This document shows positions 1 through 9,365 of a stretch of 34,914 nucleotides of DNA, in pieces. The stretch lies in the NCBI GenBank assembly GCA_017608945.1, contig JAFCEY010000001.1, positions 1 to 34,914 on the forward strand, given 5' to 3'. A program made the translations under genes and the position numbers. This DNA comes from Candidatus Pacearchaeota archaeon. GTDB taxonomy: Archaea; Nanobdellota; Nanobdellia; Pacearchaeales; GW2011-AR1. Each line of letters starts with the position of its first letter. Position 1 is the first letter of the stretch. The notes below the pieces were generated by a model that searched no databases, was not told where the DNA came from, and saw only the letters and a program-made list of their open reading frames with translations.

Positions 1-961
1 TTTTTCTTAAAATTATACAAGGTTTTTTGAATATTAGTGATTCTTCTTGAATACTGCCTCCATCTGTAATTAAGTAAGTACAATTTGCTAACAGAAAAAT
101 AAACTCAGGGTAATTAGTTAAAGGAGTTATTTCAATATTTTCATTTTTTTTAACTTTTATTTTGTTCATTAAATTATATCTTTTAAGATAATAAGCTGTA
201 TTATCATGTAAGGGCCAAATAGCTTTTATTTTTACATTACTTATAATCTCAACTATTTTCTCCATTCTTTCTTTTGACTTTAAATTTTCATGTCTGTGAA
301 TATTGATTAAGGCATACTTTTGTTTAGATTTTTTTCTGGTTTTAGATTTCTTTGCTTTTTCATAAGCAATTAAAGCAGAATCAATTATTGTATTGCCTGC
401 ATTTATTATTTGTTTTTTATTTTTATATTTCTGCAAATTTTTTTCTGTCTCTGAAGAAACAGCCAAAAGAATATCTGAAAACCTATCACTTATTTGTCTT
501 GAAATCTCTTCTGGAAAAGGCTCAAATAAACTCCCTGAACGCAAACCAGCTTCTAAATGAACATTTTTCCAGATTTTTTTTCTGCTAGGATTTAATAACT
601 TGCTTGAAGCTATAGATGCTGCAGCAGTACTCATAGTATCTCCATGATATAAAACATATTTTGGATTTATTTTTCTTAAAAGCCTTTTTATCTTAAAAAT
701 CATTAAAAAAAACCAAATTATAGAATTCTTATTCATTTTAGACCAAAATTTTGTACTTATTTTTGGTTCTTTACTAAGCACAAAATCTGGTTTCTTTACA
801 CCAAATTCTTTGCAAGATTCTTTTAAAGGATGCTGCCCTGTATGTATGAGCCAGTAATCTTTTTTTTGCTTTTGTAATTCAAGCATAATAGGCATGCACT
901 TAATTAACTCTGCTTTGGTTCCTATAACAATTGCTATTTTAGAATGTGGTTTTTTTGGCAT
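1..961 (-). CDS. wecB: UDP-N-acetylglucosamine 2-epimerase (non-hydrolysing, WecB/MnaA family); C-terminus runs off the window start
   Basis: Absent from the ORF track because no stop lies in the window. My minus-strand translation from ATG 959-961 stays open to base 1: MPKKPHSKIAIVIGTKAELIKCMPIM...HTGQH...LYHGDTMSTAAA...HLEAGLRSG...PFPEEISRQ...ITDGGSIQEES. These are the epimerase family signature blocks, in order. Confidence 0.8.
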   Translation of the reverse strand, partial: MPKKPHSKIAIVIGTKAELIKCMPIMLELQKQKKDYWLIHTGQHPLKESCKEFGVKKPDFVLSKEPKISTKFWSKMNKNSIIWFFLMIFKIKRLLRKINPKYVLYHGDTMSTAAASIASSKLLNPSRKKIWKNVHLEAGLRSGSLFEPFPEEISRQISDRFSDILLAVSSETEKNLQKYKNKKQIINAGNTIIDSALIAYEKAKKSKTRKKSKQKYALINIHRHENLKSKERMEKIVEIISNVKIKAIWPLHDNTAYYLKRYNLMNKIKVKKNENIEITPLTNYPEFIFLLANCTYLITDGGSIQEESLIFKKPCIILRK

Positions 962-1026
962 TGTTCTAATACTTAATAAAAAACATATTTTAAAGATTAT
1001 GTAGAATCATTAATATTTTAAGATTT

Positions 1027-3789
1027 TTATTTTATAAACTGTAAATCATCTAATTCTGCATATTCTCCAGAGGTTTTTAAAAATTCCTCTCTTGCAATTA
1101 CGTTTTCAGGATAATCAACTTTCCAAATTTTAATTGGACCTCTTAATCCTTGATAATATACAAAGTCTCCAATACCTGCTCCTTGACTTTTTAAATTTTT
1201 AATTAAGACATCATCTTCAGAATGAGCAATTTTTATTGTAGGATAATTATCAAATGCATCATTTAATAGATAAAGTTGTGCAAATAAACCGTTCATTGTT
1301 CTTTTAGAAAGATATATTGCTGCCCCTGTTTGGTCTAGCTGCATTTTTTCCTGAGAGGTATATAATGAGGGAATTAAGACAATCATGGCTTCCAATCCAG
1401 AGCCGAAATCTGCAAGTCCTTTATTATAGTATAAATATCTAATAGGAATTTTGTATTTATCATCGTTATAATAAAATACTACTTCAGGCTGTTTTATTGT
1501 TGGCTTGCTTTCAATTTGTGAAAATTCAATAATTGTTCCTATCACAAAAGATTTATAATTTGGATTTCCAAGTTTATCATAAGTTGGCCCTGGTAAAAAG
1601 ACTATTGTCTCATTTTCTTTCCAGATAATATCTTCATCCACACCAGATATTCCTGTATAAACTTTTATTTCTCCTGTTGAAGTTTCTTGAGTTTGTTTTC
1701 TATCTACAGACATAACATTAATAATACTAAATCTATCCCAAGAGTCATTACTTCCTATTTTACTATAAGCAGGATATTTCCCAAGGTCAGAAGGGTCAAT
1801 TAAAAGGTAAGAAACATTATGTGTTTTCATTAAACTTAATGCTGTTTCTGGTTTTGGTGTTGTTAAAAGATATCTTCCTATTATATGGTCCCAATATCCA
1901 ACAACATGTCCTCCATCAGTTACTGTTGGTCTTTTTCCAAGTGTCTGAACCCAGTAACCATAATCCCACCAATGAATAAACAAAGAATTTTCAGGAGTAT
2001 TTTCTCTTACCCATGCCATTGCTTTTTGCCATTGATAATTTGCACTTGGTCCTGTATTCTGCGCCTGAAATTTAGATGCTCTGACAAAACTATTTAAACT
2101 CAATAAAGATAAAACAATAATAGCTATTAATAAAAAACCAAGAAATGTTTTTGTTAAATCATCCCTGCTTTTTTTAAAATATTCAGCTACCTTAACTATA
2201 GAATTTCCAACCATAAAGCAGGCAAAAGGAGTTATAAAGAAAAGTAATCTTACTGCACCTCTTCCCGAAATTAACATAAAAAATAACCAAGAAGAAATAA
2301 TTATTAATTCTGGTTTTATTTTTATCTTCTCTTCTTTAAGAGTTTTAAGCGAGTAAATTAAAAATAATAATATGCTCCCAAAATAAAGAAATTTGCTTAT
2401 AAAATTAGTTCCATTTAGTAAAGAATCTTGAGATATTCTACTAAACAAAATTCCAGAAACCATTATAATCCAAACCAAAGAAAAAAGGATTTTATTTTTC
2501 TTTTTGTTAATCCCTTTTGAAATATCAAAACCAACAAGAATCATTCCTAAATAAAACAGCCAGAAAAAATATTTACTTATTTCATTAATCCAATCTTTAA
2601 GGTAAGGTTGTCTATTTTCTGCGACAGTTAAACCTGTTCTTCCCCCTGCAAATGGGTTGAGGACTTCCTCTAAAATCCCAAAAATATAATGGAAAGGGTT
2701 TCCTTTAAATATCCAAATAAAGATTCCTCCTAAAATTAAAAGAACTAATAAACTGTAAAATATATGGTATTTTTCAATTTTTTCTTTTTTAAAAAATTTA
2801 AATTTTTCTTTTAATTTAAGGTTTAGCATGCTGAAATCTGTTACAATAAAAATTAAAACTGCTCCTGAAAGAATACTTGTTGTATTTAGAAGCACTTTGT
2901 TTATCATAAAATTTAAAGAAACATCATAAAATAGGCCAAATAAAACTGTTGATAAAATCCACAAAAAATAAAATAAGATAAAATTTTTCAATGACTTTTT
3001 ATTTCCATTTAAATTTCTTATTTTGATTAACCAAAAAAGACCAAAACTTAATGGAAGGATCATAAAAATAAAATTAGCGCCCCCACCCCAACTAACAATT
3101 GTAAATGTTGATAAAAAGCCAATTAATAAAGAAAATAAAATTACTTTAAGTGTGCAATTTTTTCCTTTTTCTTTTTTGTTTAAGAATTTTAAAGCATAAG
3201 TATACATTAAAAATGTGGAAAATAAAGCAAACATTCCTATAGCTTCATGGTCTGAAAAACCTGCCATACTCCTATAGAGATAAGAAGGGATGAATGCTAA
3301 AAAGACAGAACTAATTAAAGCTGTTATCTTAGATTTTGTTAAAATATAAATTAAAAAGAAAAAAACTATTAATCCTAAAATGAAAAATATTACTGGAGAA
3401 ATAACATCAATAAACTGTATTGTAATGTTTTTATTAAATATTTTTCCTATTTTATATAAAAAAATAACAGCTTGAGGCAGGATTTCATGAGAAAAGCCTA
3501 CTTGTGCAGATGGGTACCTCATTACATCTACTGCAGGCAAACTTCCTTTTTCAAGTATAGTTTCAGCAAGTCTTAAAAAATAAAAAGGGTCCAATGCAAG
3601 AGGGACATATTCTCCTGTTGTTTGATCTTTCAAGAGAGGAAGATTTTGAAATCTTATCCAACAACTTACAATTAAAATAACTAAAAATAAAGAAATAATG
3701 ATAATATTTATTACCTTTTTTTGTTTCAAAAAGTCAATTGTCTGGTTAAGATACTCTTTTATTTTTTGTTTATTTTTATTTCCATCCAT
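1027..3789 (-). CDS. aglB: Archaeal oligosaccharyltransferase AglB (STT3 family)
   Basis: 920 aa. About 13 N-terminal TM helices followed by a soluble C-terminal domain. The catalytic WWDYGYW motif is present (FIHWWDYGYWVQ). Confidence 0.9.
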   Translation of the reverse strand: MDGNKNKQKIKEYLNQTIDFLKQKKVINIIIISLFLVILIVSCWIRFQNLPLLKDQTTGEYVPLALDPFYFLRLAETILEKGSLPAVDVMRYPSAQVGFSHEILPQAVIFLYKIGKIFNKNITIQFIDVISPVIFFILGLIVFFFLIYILTKSKITALISSVFLAFIPSYLYRSMAGFSDHEAIGMFALFSTFLMYTYALKFLNKKEKGKNCTLKVILFSLLIGFLSTFTIVSWGGGANFIFMILPLSFGLFWLIKIRNLNGNKKSLKNFILFYFLWILSTVLFGLFYDVSLNFMINKVLLNTTSILSGAVLIFIVTDFSMLNLKLKEKFKFFKKEKIEKYHIFYSLLVLLILGGIFIWIFKGNPFHYIFGILEEVLNPFAGGRTGLTVAENRQPYLKDWINEISKYFFWLFYLGMILVGFDISKGINKKKNKILFSLVWIIMVSGILFSRISQDSLLNGTNFISKFLYFGSILLFLIYSLKTLKEEKIKIKPELIIISSWLFFMLISGRGAVRLLFFITPFACFMVGNSIVKVAEYFKKSRDDLTKTFLGFLLIAIIVLSLLSLNSFVRASKFQAQNTGPSANYQWQKAMAWVRENTPENSLFIHWWDYGYWVQTLGKRPTVTDGGHVVGYWDHIIGRYLLTTPKPETALSLMKTHNVSYLLIDPSDLGKYPAYSKIGSNDSWDRFSIINVMSVDRKQTQETSTGEIKVYTGISGVDEDIIWKENETIVFLPGPTYDKLGNPNYKSFVIGTIIEFSQIESKPTIKQPEVVFYYNDDKYKIPIRYLYYNKGLADFGSGLEAMIVLIPSLYTSQEKMQLDQTGAAIYLSKRTMNGLFAQLYLLNDAFDNYPTIKIAHSEDDVLIKNLKSQGAGIGDFVYYQGLRGPIKIWKVDYPENVIAREEFLKTSGEYAELDDLQFIK

Positions 3790-3837
3790 TTTAAAATAAA
3801 TTAAAGAGAATTTACTTTAAAAGGTTTAGCTTATAAT

Positions 3838-4836
3838 CTAAAGGAAGAGCAGGAATCCAAGAATAATAATTAAAATTTGAAAACCATTAATAAACCAAAC
3901 AACTTCTTTTTCATAAACTTTCTTCGATGGTTTTATTTTTTTAAGAATTTTTATTGCTAAATGTTCCAAACCATAAATTTTTTCATAAGGTATTTCCAAA
4001 CTTCCATCAGGATTTACTTTGGCAAAACTTTCTTTTTTTAATTTTCCTCTTAGTTTCAAGATCATTTCTAAAATATAAGGGATAAAAAAGAAGACAGCTA
4101 TTTTTTCAATATTTCCTAAAATTGCAATTACTGCGATTAATGCTCCAACAGAGTATGTTAAAATATTTCCTGGAAAGATTTTTGCAGGATATTTATTAAA
4201 AATATAAAAAGCAATTAAAGATGCAATCATATATAAAGCAATTACACTTAACCAGCTATTTCCAGTGATGTATGTTGTATAAGCTAAGGCTGTAAGAATT
4301 ATGATTCCTTGACTTGCTTCAAGCCCATTATATCCTGCCAGACAGTTAAAACTAAGTGTTGCACCTAAAATTCCTAAAGGAATAATTAATAAAGGATAAA
4401 ACATCCCAAAATTAACTGCTCCAAAAAAAGGAACCAACATTGTTGACTCTCCTGCATTAATAACCATTAATGGAATAGCAGAAAATAATACTATCAATAT
4501 CCTCATATTTTTATTTAATCCCTTTTTCCATCCAAGAATATCATCTATAATCCCAACGAATGAGCTTATGAATAAGACACATAATAACGCAAAAATGTAG
4601 GTAGATAATTCTAAACTCTTAAAAATAAAAGTGTTTAAAGAGATATATAGCAAAATTCCAAAAGAAACTCCAAATAAAACAGCAACCCCTCCACCTTCTG
4701 CAACTTTTTCTTTCTTGACCTTATGCATATCTAATCCAATAAAACCATTTGATTGAGCTTTTTTTATCCATTTTGGAAGAATCAAGAATGTGCAGAAAAA
4801 ACTAGTAAATATTGTTATTAAAAGTATTAGGTTCAT
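3838..4836 (-). CDS. aglH: UDP-GlcNAc:dolichyl-phosphate GlcNAc-1-phosphate transferase (MraY/WecA/GPT family)
   Basis: 332-aa polytopic membrane protein with family motifs GIIDDILG and NCLAGYNGLEASQG. Lies directly upstream of aglB on the same strand. Confidence 0.75.
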   Translation of the reverse strand: MNLILLITIFTSFFCTFLILPKWIKKAQSNGFIGLDMHKVKKEKVAEGGGVAVLFGVSFGILLYISLNTFIFKSLELSTYIFALLCVLFISSFVGIIDDILGWKKGLNKNMRILIVLFSAIPLMVINAGESTMLVPFFGAVNFGMFYPLLIIPLGILGATLSFNCLAGYNGLEASQGIIILTALAYTTYITGNSWLSVIALYMIASLIAFYIFNKYPAKIFPGNILTYSVGALIAVIAILGNIEKIAVFFFIPYILEMILKLRGKLKKESFAKVNPDGSLEIPYEKIYGLEHLAIKILKKIKPSKKVYEKEVVWFINGFQILIIILGFLLFL

Positions 4837-4856
4837 TTTTTTTCTTTAATATTTTT

Positions 4857-5714
4857 TTATTTAAATAACAACGGAGTAAAGTATACTTCAATTAATGCTG
4901 CAATTATTAAAATTGCCATTGCTATTAAAAGCAATATAATTGTGTTCTCTGCTACTCTTAAAAATTTTCTGTTTTTTATTCCAGTTCTCAAGACTCCGAT
5001 GCCAAACATTCCTCCTGCTAATGCAGTAATAAAATAAGCAGCAATTTCTGGAAATCCATGAATCATGTATCTTAAAATCCCCATTGGAATTTCTTTTAGA
5101 TTATATTCTGTAAATATTCCAATTGCAGCACTTATAACAGAAGCATTCCATGCTAAGATGAATATTGCACCTGCACCAAAAATTAACGAAAAAACTAAAG
5201 TAAAAATCATAACATACATATTATTCTCTATTATTGATAAAAGTCTTGCCTCTCTTCCAGAAACTTCAGCTGTAATTTGAGGAGTTATTGAATATGCTTT
5301 AACACATCCTTCAATATTCCCAGGATTGTTTATTAAGCAGTAAGTTTCAATTTGTGCATTAAATAAATTTGAATCTTGTAAAACAATATACCAAAAAGAA
5401 AATGCTACAATAAATCCTAAAAAAAGCCACATTAAAGCATAAATAGCATCACTGTGCGTTTTCCATACTTTAACTGCTCCTTCAACATTTTCATCTTCTT
5501 TTTCTTCTTTTTTTATTATAAAATACATAAAAGGGAGAGAGAACATCACACTAAATGTTACAACAATTATGCCTGAAAATTTGGCTAATACAAAGTCTTT
5601 TGAAAATAAAAAGTACACTAACAAAATAGAAATTGAAGCATAAATCAGTCCTACAAAAAACATTTTCCAAGAGCCTTTTTCAACTTTTTTTGGATTGATT
5701 ATTGATTCAAGCAT
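4857..5714 (-). CDS. SpoIIM-like (DUF95) integral membrane protein
   Basis: 285 aa, multi-TM. Blocks ENNMYVMIFTLVFSLIFGAGAIFILAWNASV and IHGFPEIAAYFITALAGG resemble the stage II sporulation protein M family pattern (NN..V / HG.pE..a....aG). Confidence 0.6.
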   Translation of the reverse strand: MLESIINPKKVEKGSWKMFFVGLIYASISILLVYFLFSKDFVLAKFSGIIVVTFSVMFSLPFMYFIIKKEEKEDENVEGAVKVWKTHSDAIYALMWLFLGFIVAFSFWYIVLQDSNLFNAQIETYCLINNPGNIEGCVKAYSITPQITAEVSGREARLLSIIENNMYVMIFTLVFSLIFGAGAIFILAWNASVISAAIGIFTEYNLKEIPMGILRYMIHGFPEIAAYFITALAGGMFGIGVLRTGIKNRKFLRVAENTIILLLIAMAILIIAALIEVYFTPLLFK

Positions 5715-5769
5715 AATTTATAAAGAAAAAGAGAATTTTTAAAGTTTCTTAGTTTAATACTGAGATAAA

Positions 5770-6594
5770 ATGAATAAACAAAAAGTTTTTAATAAGATTG
5801 TAAAAGACATTAAAAATATAAAAATTCAGGGGGCAAGAAACATTGCAAAAGCAGCTTTGAAAGCTTATTTTCTTGTTCCAGGGAAATCTTCAAAGAAAAA
5901 ACTCTTGTTTTCAAGACCAACAGAACCGATGATGAAGAATGTTTTGGATATGGCTGAGAAAGGAATATCAAAGAAAGAAATTCTAAAACATTTTTTAGAA
6001 GCACAAGAAAAAATCAATAAATATGTTTTCAAATTAATTAAAAATAATGATATAATTTTTACTCATTGTCATTCCACAAATGTTCTCGGTTCTTTAATTT
6101 ATGCAAAGAAAAAGGGAAAAAAATTTCAAGTTTATAATACTGAAACTCGTCCTTTATTTCAAGGAAGAAAAACCGCCAGAGAGTTACGGAAGGCAGGAAT
6201 TGAAGTTACTATGTTTGTAGATGCAGCTGTGGCATTCGCAATTGAAAAAGAAAATAAAAAAGATAAAATTTATTCAAATAAGGTTTTTCTCGGAGCAGAT
6301 GCTTTGCTCAAAAAAGGAGTTGTCAATAAAATTGGGAGCAAGACAATTGCAAAAATAGCCCATGATTCTAAAATTCCTGTGTATATAATTGCAGACTCTT
6401 GGAAATATTATCCAAAAAAAATAAATTTAGAAATGAGGGATTTTTTTGAAGTCTGGAAAAAGGCAAAGAAATTAAAAATAAATATTAAAAATCCTGCTTT
6501 TGAGTTTATTCCAAAAAAGTATATTACAAAAATTATTTCAGAATTGGGAATTTTGGATTATGATTCTTTTTTAAGATTAAAAAGAAAAAACTAA
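5770..6594 (+). CDS. eIF-2B alpha/beta/delta-family protein, candidate ribose-1,5-bisphosphate isomerase (e2b2)
   Basis: 274 aa. IF-2B family core: THCHSTNV...VYNTETRPLFQGRKTARELRKAGIEVT...VFLGADALLKKGVVNKIGSKTIA...VYIIADSWKY. Confidence 0.65.
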   Translation: MNKQKVFNKIVKDIKNIKIQGARNIAKAALKAYFLVPGKSSKKKLLFSRPTEPMMKNVLDMAEKGISKKEILKHFLEAQEKINKYVFKLIKNNDIIFTHCHSTNVLGSLIYAKKKGKKFQVYNTETRPLFQGRKTARELRKAGIEVTMFVDAAVAFAIEKENKKDKIYSNKVFLGADALLKKGVVNKIGSKTIAKIAHDSKIPVYIIADSWKYYPKKINLEMRDFFEVWKKAKKLKINIKNPAFEFIPKKYITKIISELGILDYDSFLRLKRKN

Positions 6595-6606
6595 TTTCTG
6601 TTTTAA

Positions 6607-6981
6607 TTAACTTCTACTTTGTGAAATTTTTTCCATTTCTTCTTTAGATTTTTCTAATCCTTCTTCTAACTCTCCTTTAACTTGCTCAAGTTTTTCTATT
6701 TGTTGTTCAATAAGCTTTTTTGTTTCTGGAATAGATTTTTTTACAAAATTTTTTTCTCCAATATCAACTATCAATTCCTCAGATTGTATTTTTGCTTTTA
6801 TGAAAATTCCTTTTCCTATTGGAGAAAAAATTTCCTTACCCTTACTATTAACAAGTTCGTTAAGCTGCAGTTTTAATAATTTCATCTCAGTTATTGTTTG
6901 TTCTATTAAAGAAATTTGCTCTTGTAACTGAGAAATTTGTTGTTCAAAGATATTTAATTTTAAAGCAGTCCTTTTTTCCAT
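6607..6981 (-). CDS. pfdA: Prefoldin alpha subunit (GimC alpha)
   Basis: 124 aa. Coiled coil, then two beta-hairpins (EIFSPIGKGIFIKAKI / ELIVDIGEKNFVKKSI), then coiled coil, which is the alpha-type prefoldin architecture. Confidence 0.7.
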   Translation of the reverse strand: MEKRTALKLNIFEQQISQLQEQISLIEQTITEMKLLKLQLNELVNSKGKEIFSPIGKGIFIKAKIQSEELIVDIGEKNFVKKSIPETKKLIEQQIEKLEQVKGELEEGLEKSKEEMEKISQSRS

Positions 6982-6982
6982 T

Positions 6983-7480
6983 TTATAAAACCTTAAAAAC
7001 TTTTCTTAAAATACTACTAAAAAACATAGCAAGAATTAAATAAAACCAGAACCAACTTAAAAATCCGAAGAACTTTGGATTTCCTAAACTTATGAATTTG
7101 TCATTAAACCATCTAAAAAACAAAATAAAAGGAATTCCTGTAAACATTATGCTTCTACTTGTAAGTTTCATTGTTTTTGGAACAAATTCAAATTGTTTTT
7201 TTTGGAATTCCATTAATTTTTCAGGATTCCCTTTGTACTTATTCATTTCTTCTCTAAGAATTTTTTGTTCTTTTTTTAGCTCTCTTAATGCTTCTTGGTC
7301 TGTTGCATATTTTTGAACAAAAGTTGTTATTAATGTTATAAAAAAAACAATAAATATCATTCCTAAATAAAGATTCCATTCTAAAAGCCAGCCTGCACTT
7401 GGGTCAAGCAGAGCATGAACAGAATCTTTTATCAAGGGTATTTTATCCCAGTATATAGCAATAATCATAGAAGCAAACAT
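6983..7480 (-). CDS. DUF106 membrane protein (archaeal YidC/Oxa1/EMC3-like insertase, Mj0480 family)
   Basis: 165 aa. TM1, then a charged coiled-coil loop (LRELKKEQKILREEMNKYKGNPEKLMEFQKKQFE), then TM2 and TM3. Sits immediately downstream of secY, the conserved position of this family in archaea. Confidence 0.7.
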   Translation of the reverse strand: MFASMIIAIYWDKIPLIKDSVHALLDPSAGWLLEWNLYLGMIFIVFFITLITTFVQKYATDQEALRELKKEQKILREEMNKYKGNPEKLMEFQKKQFEFVPKTMKLTSRSIMFTGIPFILFFRWFNDKFISLGNPKFFGFLSWFWFYLILAMFFSSILRKVFKVL

Positions 7481-7527
7481 TATAAAAAATAGTTTTTAAA
7501 AGTTTCCGCAGAATAATTAATTAAGAT

Positions 7528-8916
7528 TTAACTTTCAATGAATTTCTTTAGTGCAGGATTCATATCAGCTTGATGTTGCTGAGAGATGCTTTGATAAAAT
7601 TGGAAGAAAATCATAACAACAAGCAATATAGCAGTTCCTGAAACCATTGCTCCTAAAAGGTCAGATAATGAAGCAAGAAAACCAATTGTCATACCACCCA
7701 TTACAGTTAAAGGAGTTATGTATCTTTCAAGAATACTCTCCAGAATTCTTTCATCTTGTCTAAATCCTGCTATTTGCAAACCAGAAGAAACAATTTTATG
7801 TGCTTGGCTTTTTGCATCCATTCCAGAAGTTTTAACCCAAAATACAGCAAATAATGTTGAAAAACCCATAAAAAATAAAATATGTGTTAAGCCTTGAAAA
7901 AGATAAAGAGGCAGAAATCCTCCCCTAATTGTTAATTCCAGAAGATTTGTGCTTCCAAGCCAAAAAGCTAATCCTGAAACTGGTTGATTATTTATAAAAT
8001 GTCCTAAAAAAGTAGGTCTTCCAAGCCAGTTTTCTAAAATTCCTCCAAAAAGTTGGGTTGTTGCAATTAAAGCAGATGTAAATATCACAGGGATAACAGA
8101 AGTATAAAAAAAAGCTAATGGCCATTTAACCCCATAACCCCTAATTCTTCCGAATGACAGAGGAATTTCAACTTTTAATGATTGTGCCCATACAACAATT
8201 AAAAACACACCAATGGTAACAGCAATTGCTCCAAATGAAGAGAAAAATTCTATACTATGATGTCCTATTACTGATTGTATCAAGACAAAGAATTTTCCAG
8301 TGCAAGCAGTATTTGTAAAGTCAATTAAACAATTTCTTCCTTGCTGATTTAAAAATTGGAATGCTGCAGTGAAAAGTCTCCAAGAAACTCCTGCTCCAAT
8401 AAACAAGCTGACTCCTGAGCCAAATCCCCATTTGTTTGAAAGCTCATCCATATAATAGATTGCTAGACCTCCTAAAATTAATTGAAAAATTACTAAAAAA
8501 GTAAAGCCTTCAATAGCTTGTAAACCTCCCATTAAAACATAAACCAAAGACTCAAAAATTATGAAAAAGAAAACCAAAAGTTTCTGAATTCCCTGAAAAA
8601 ATTTTCTTCCTTCTTCAGTTGCAGTATCAATATTTAATATTCCTGAACCAACTAACAATTGCAAAATAATAGAAGCCATTACAATAGGTCCTATTCCTAA
8701 TGAAATAATACTTCCAAAGTCTGTTGCAAGAATTATTGCAAGATATTCAAATCTTTCTAATGCATTTTCTGACAACCCAAAAAGAGATATATTTGCAAGA
8801 ATAAAAAAAGAAATAAGAATTATTAAGGTCCATTTTAATTTTATTTTAAAATCAAGTTTTTTTTCTTCTGGCTCTTTAACTTCAGGAATATAACTGAAAA
8901 TTTTTCTTAAGTCCAT
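7528..8916 (-). CDS. secY: Preprotein translocase subunit SecY (Sec61 alpha)
   Basis: 462 aa, 10-TM pattern, located after rpl15 at the end of the ribosomal supercluster. Typical SecY blocks (GIGPIVMASIILQLL, GRIRGYG). Confidence 0.93.
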   Translation of the reverse strand: MDLRKIFSYIPEVKEPEEKKLDFKIKLKWTLIILISFFILANISLFGLSENALERFEYLAIILATDFGSIISLGIGPIVMASIILQLLVGSGILNIDTATEEGRKFFQGIQKLLVFFFIIFESLVYVLMGGLQAIEGFTFLVIFQLILGGLAIYYMDELSNKWGFGSGVSLFIGAGVSWRLFTAAFQFLNQQGRNCLIDFTNTACTGKFFVLIQSVIGHHSIEFFSSFGAIAVTIGVFLIVVWAQSLKVEIPLSFGRIRGYGVKWPLAFFYTSVIPVIFTSALIATTQLFGGILENWLGRPTFLGHFINNQPVSGLAFWLGSTNLLELTIRGGFLPLYLFQGLTHILFFMGFSTLFAVFWVKTSGMDAKSQAHKIVSSGLQIAGFRQDERILESILERYITPLTVMGGMTIGFLASLSDLLGAMVSGTAILLVVMIFFQFYQSISQQHQADMNPALKKFIES

Positions 8917-8918
8917 AT

Positions 8919-9365
8919 TTAAATAGATTTTTTAATATTTTGAATTAAAATTTCTCCTCCAGCTTTTCTAACTTTTTCTATTGCTGATTTTGAAGCTTCT
9001 TTTGTTTTTATGATTAATTTTTCCTTAACTTCTCCTTCTCCTAAAACTTTATAATCAGGTAAGTTAATCTCGATTCCATTTCCTGTTTTTTTCCCATATT
9101 TTTCTAAATTTATTACAATGTCCCTTAAGTTTATTCTTTTCCTTTTGTCTTTTTTTGTTTTTCTACTTGTTATCCCTTGTTTTCCAAAATATTTTCCGTG
9201 ATAAAGTTTTGTAATAAGAGTTATTTTTTGCCCTGATCTTTTTCCTGTTCCTGCCATCCCCTTTCCTCCTTTATGTCCCTTTCCTTTTCCTTTTTTCCTT
9301 GCTCCACGCCTATGTGTTGCGCTTCCTCTCATTTTTTTTGATTTTTTTGTTTTTTTGATTTTCAT
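8919..9365 (-). CDS. rpl15: 50S ribosomal protein uL15 (L15P)
   Basis: 148 aa. Gly/basic N-terminus RGSATHRRGARKKGKGKGHKGGKGMAG. Located just before secY. Confidence 0.93.
   Translation of the reverse strand: MKIKKTKKSKKMRGSATHRRGARKKGKGKGHKGGKGMAGTGKRSGQKITLITKLYHGKYFGKQGITSRKTKKDKRKRINLRDIVINLEKYGKKTGNGIEINLPDYKVLGEGEVKEKLIIKTKEASKSAIEKVRKAGGEILIQNIKKSI

Noticed and set aside
352-588. 78-aa plus-strand ORF in the track
   Set aside because: It lies entirely antisense to the well-supported epimerase gene (1-961, minus strand). Its Phe/Leu-rich low-complexity translation is typical of the antisense of Lys/Glu-rich AT-rich coding sequence.
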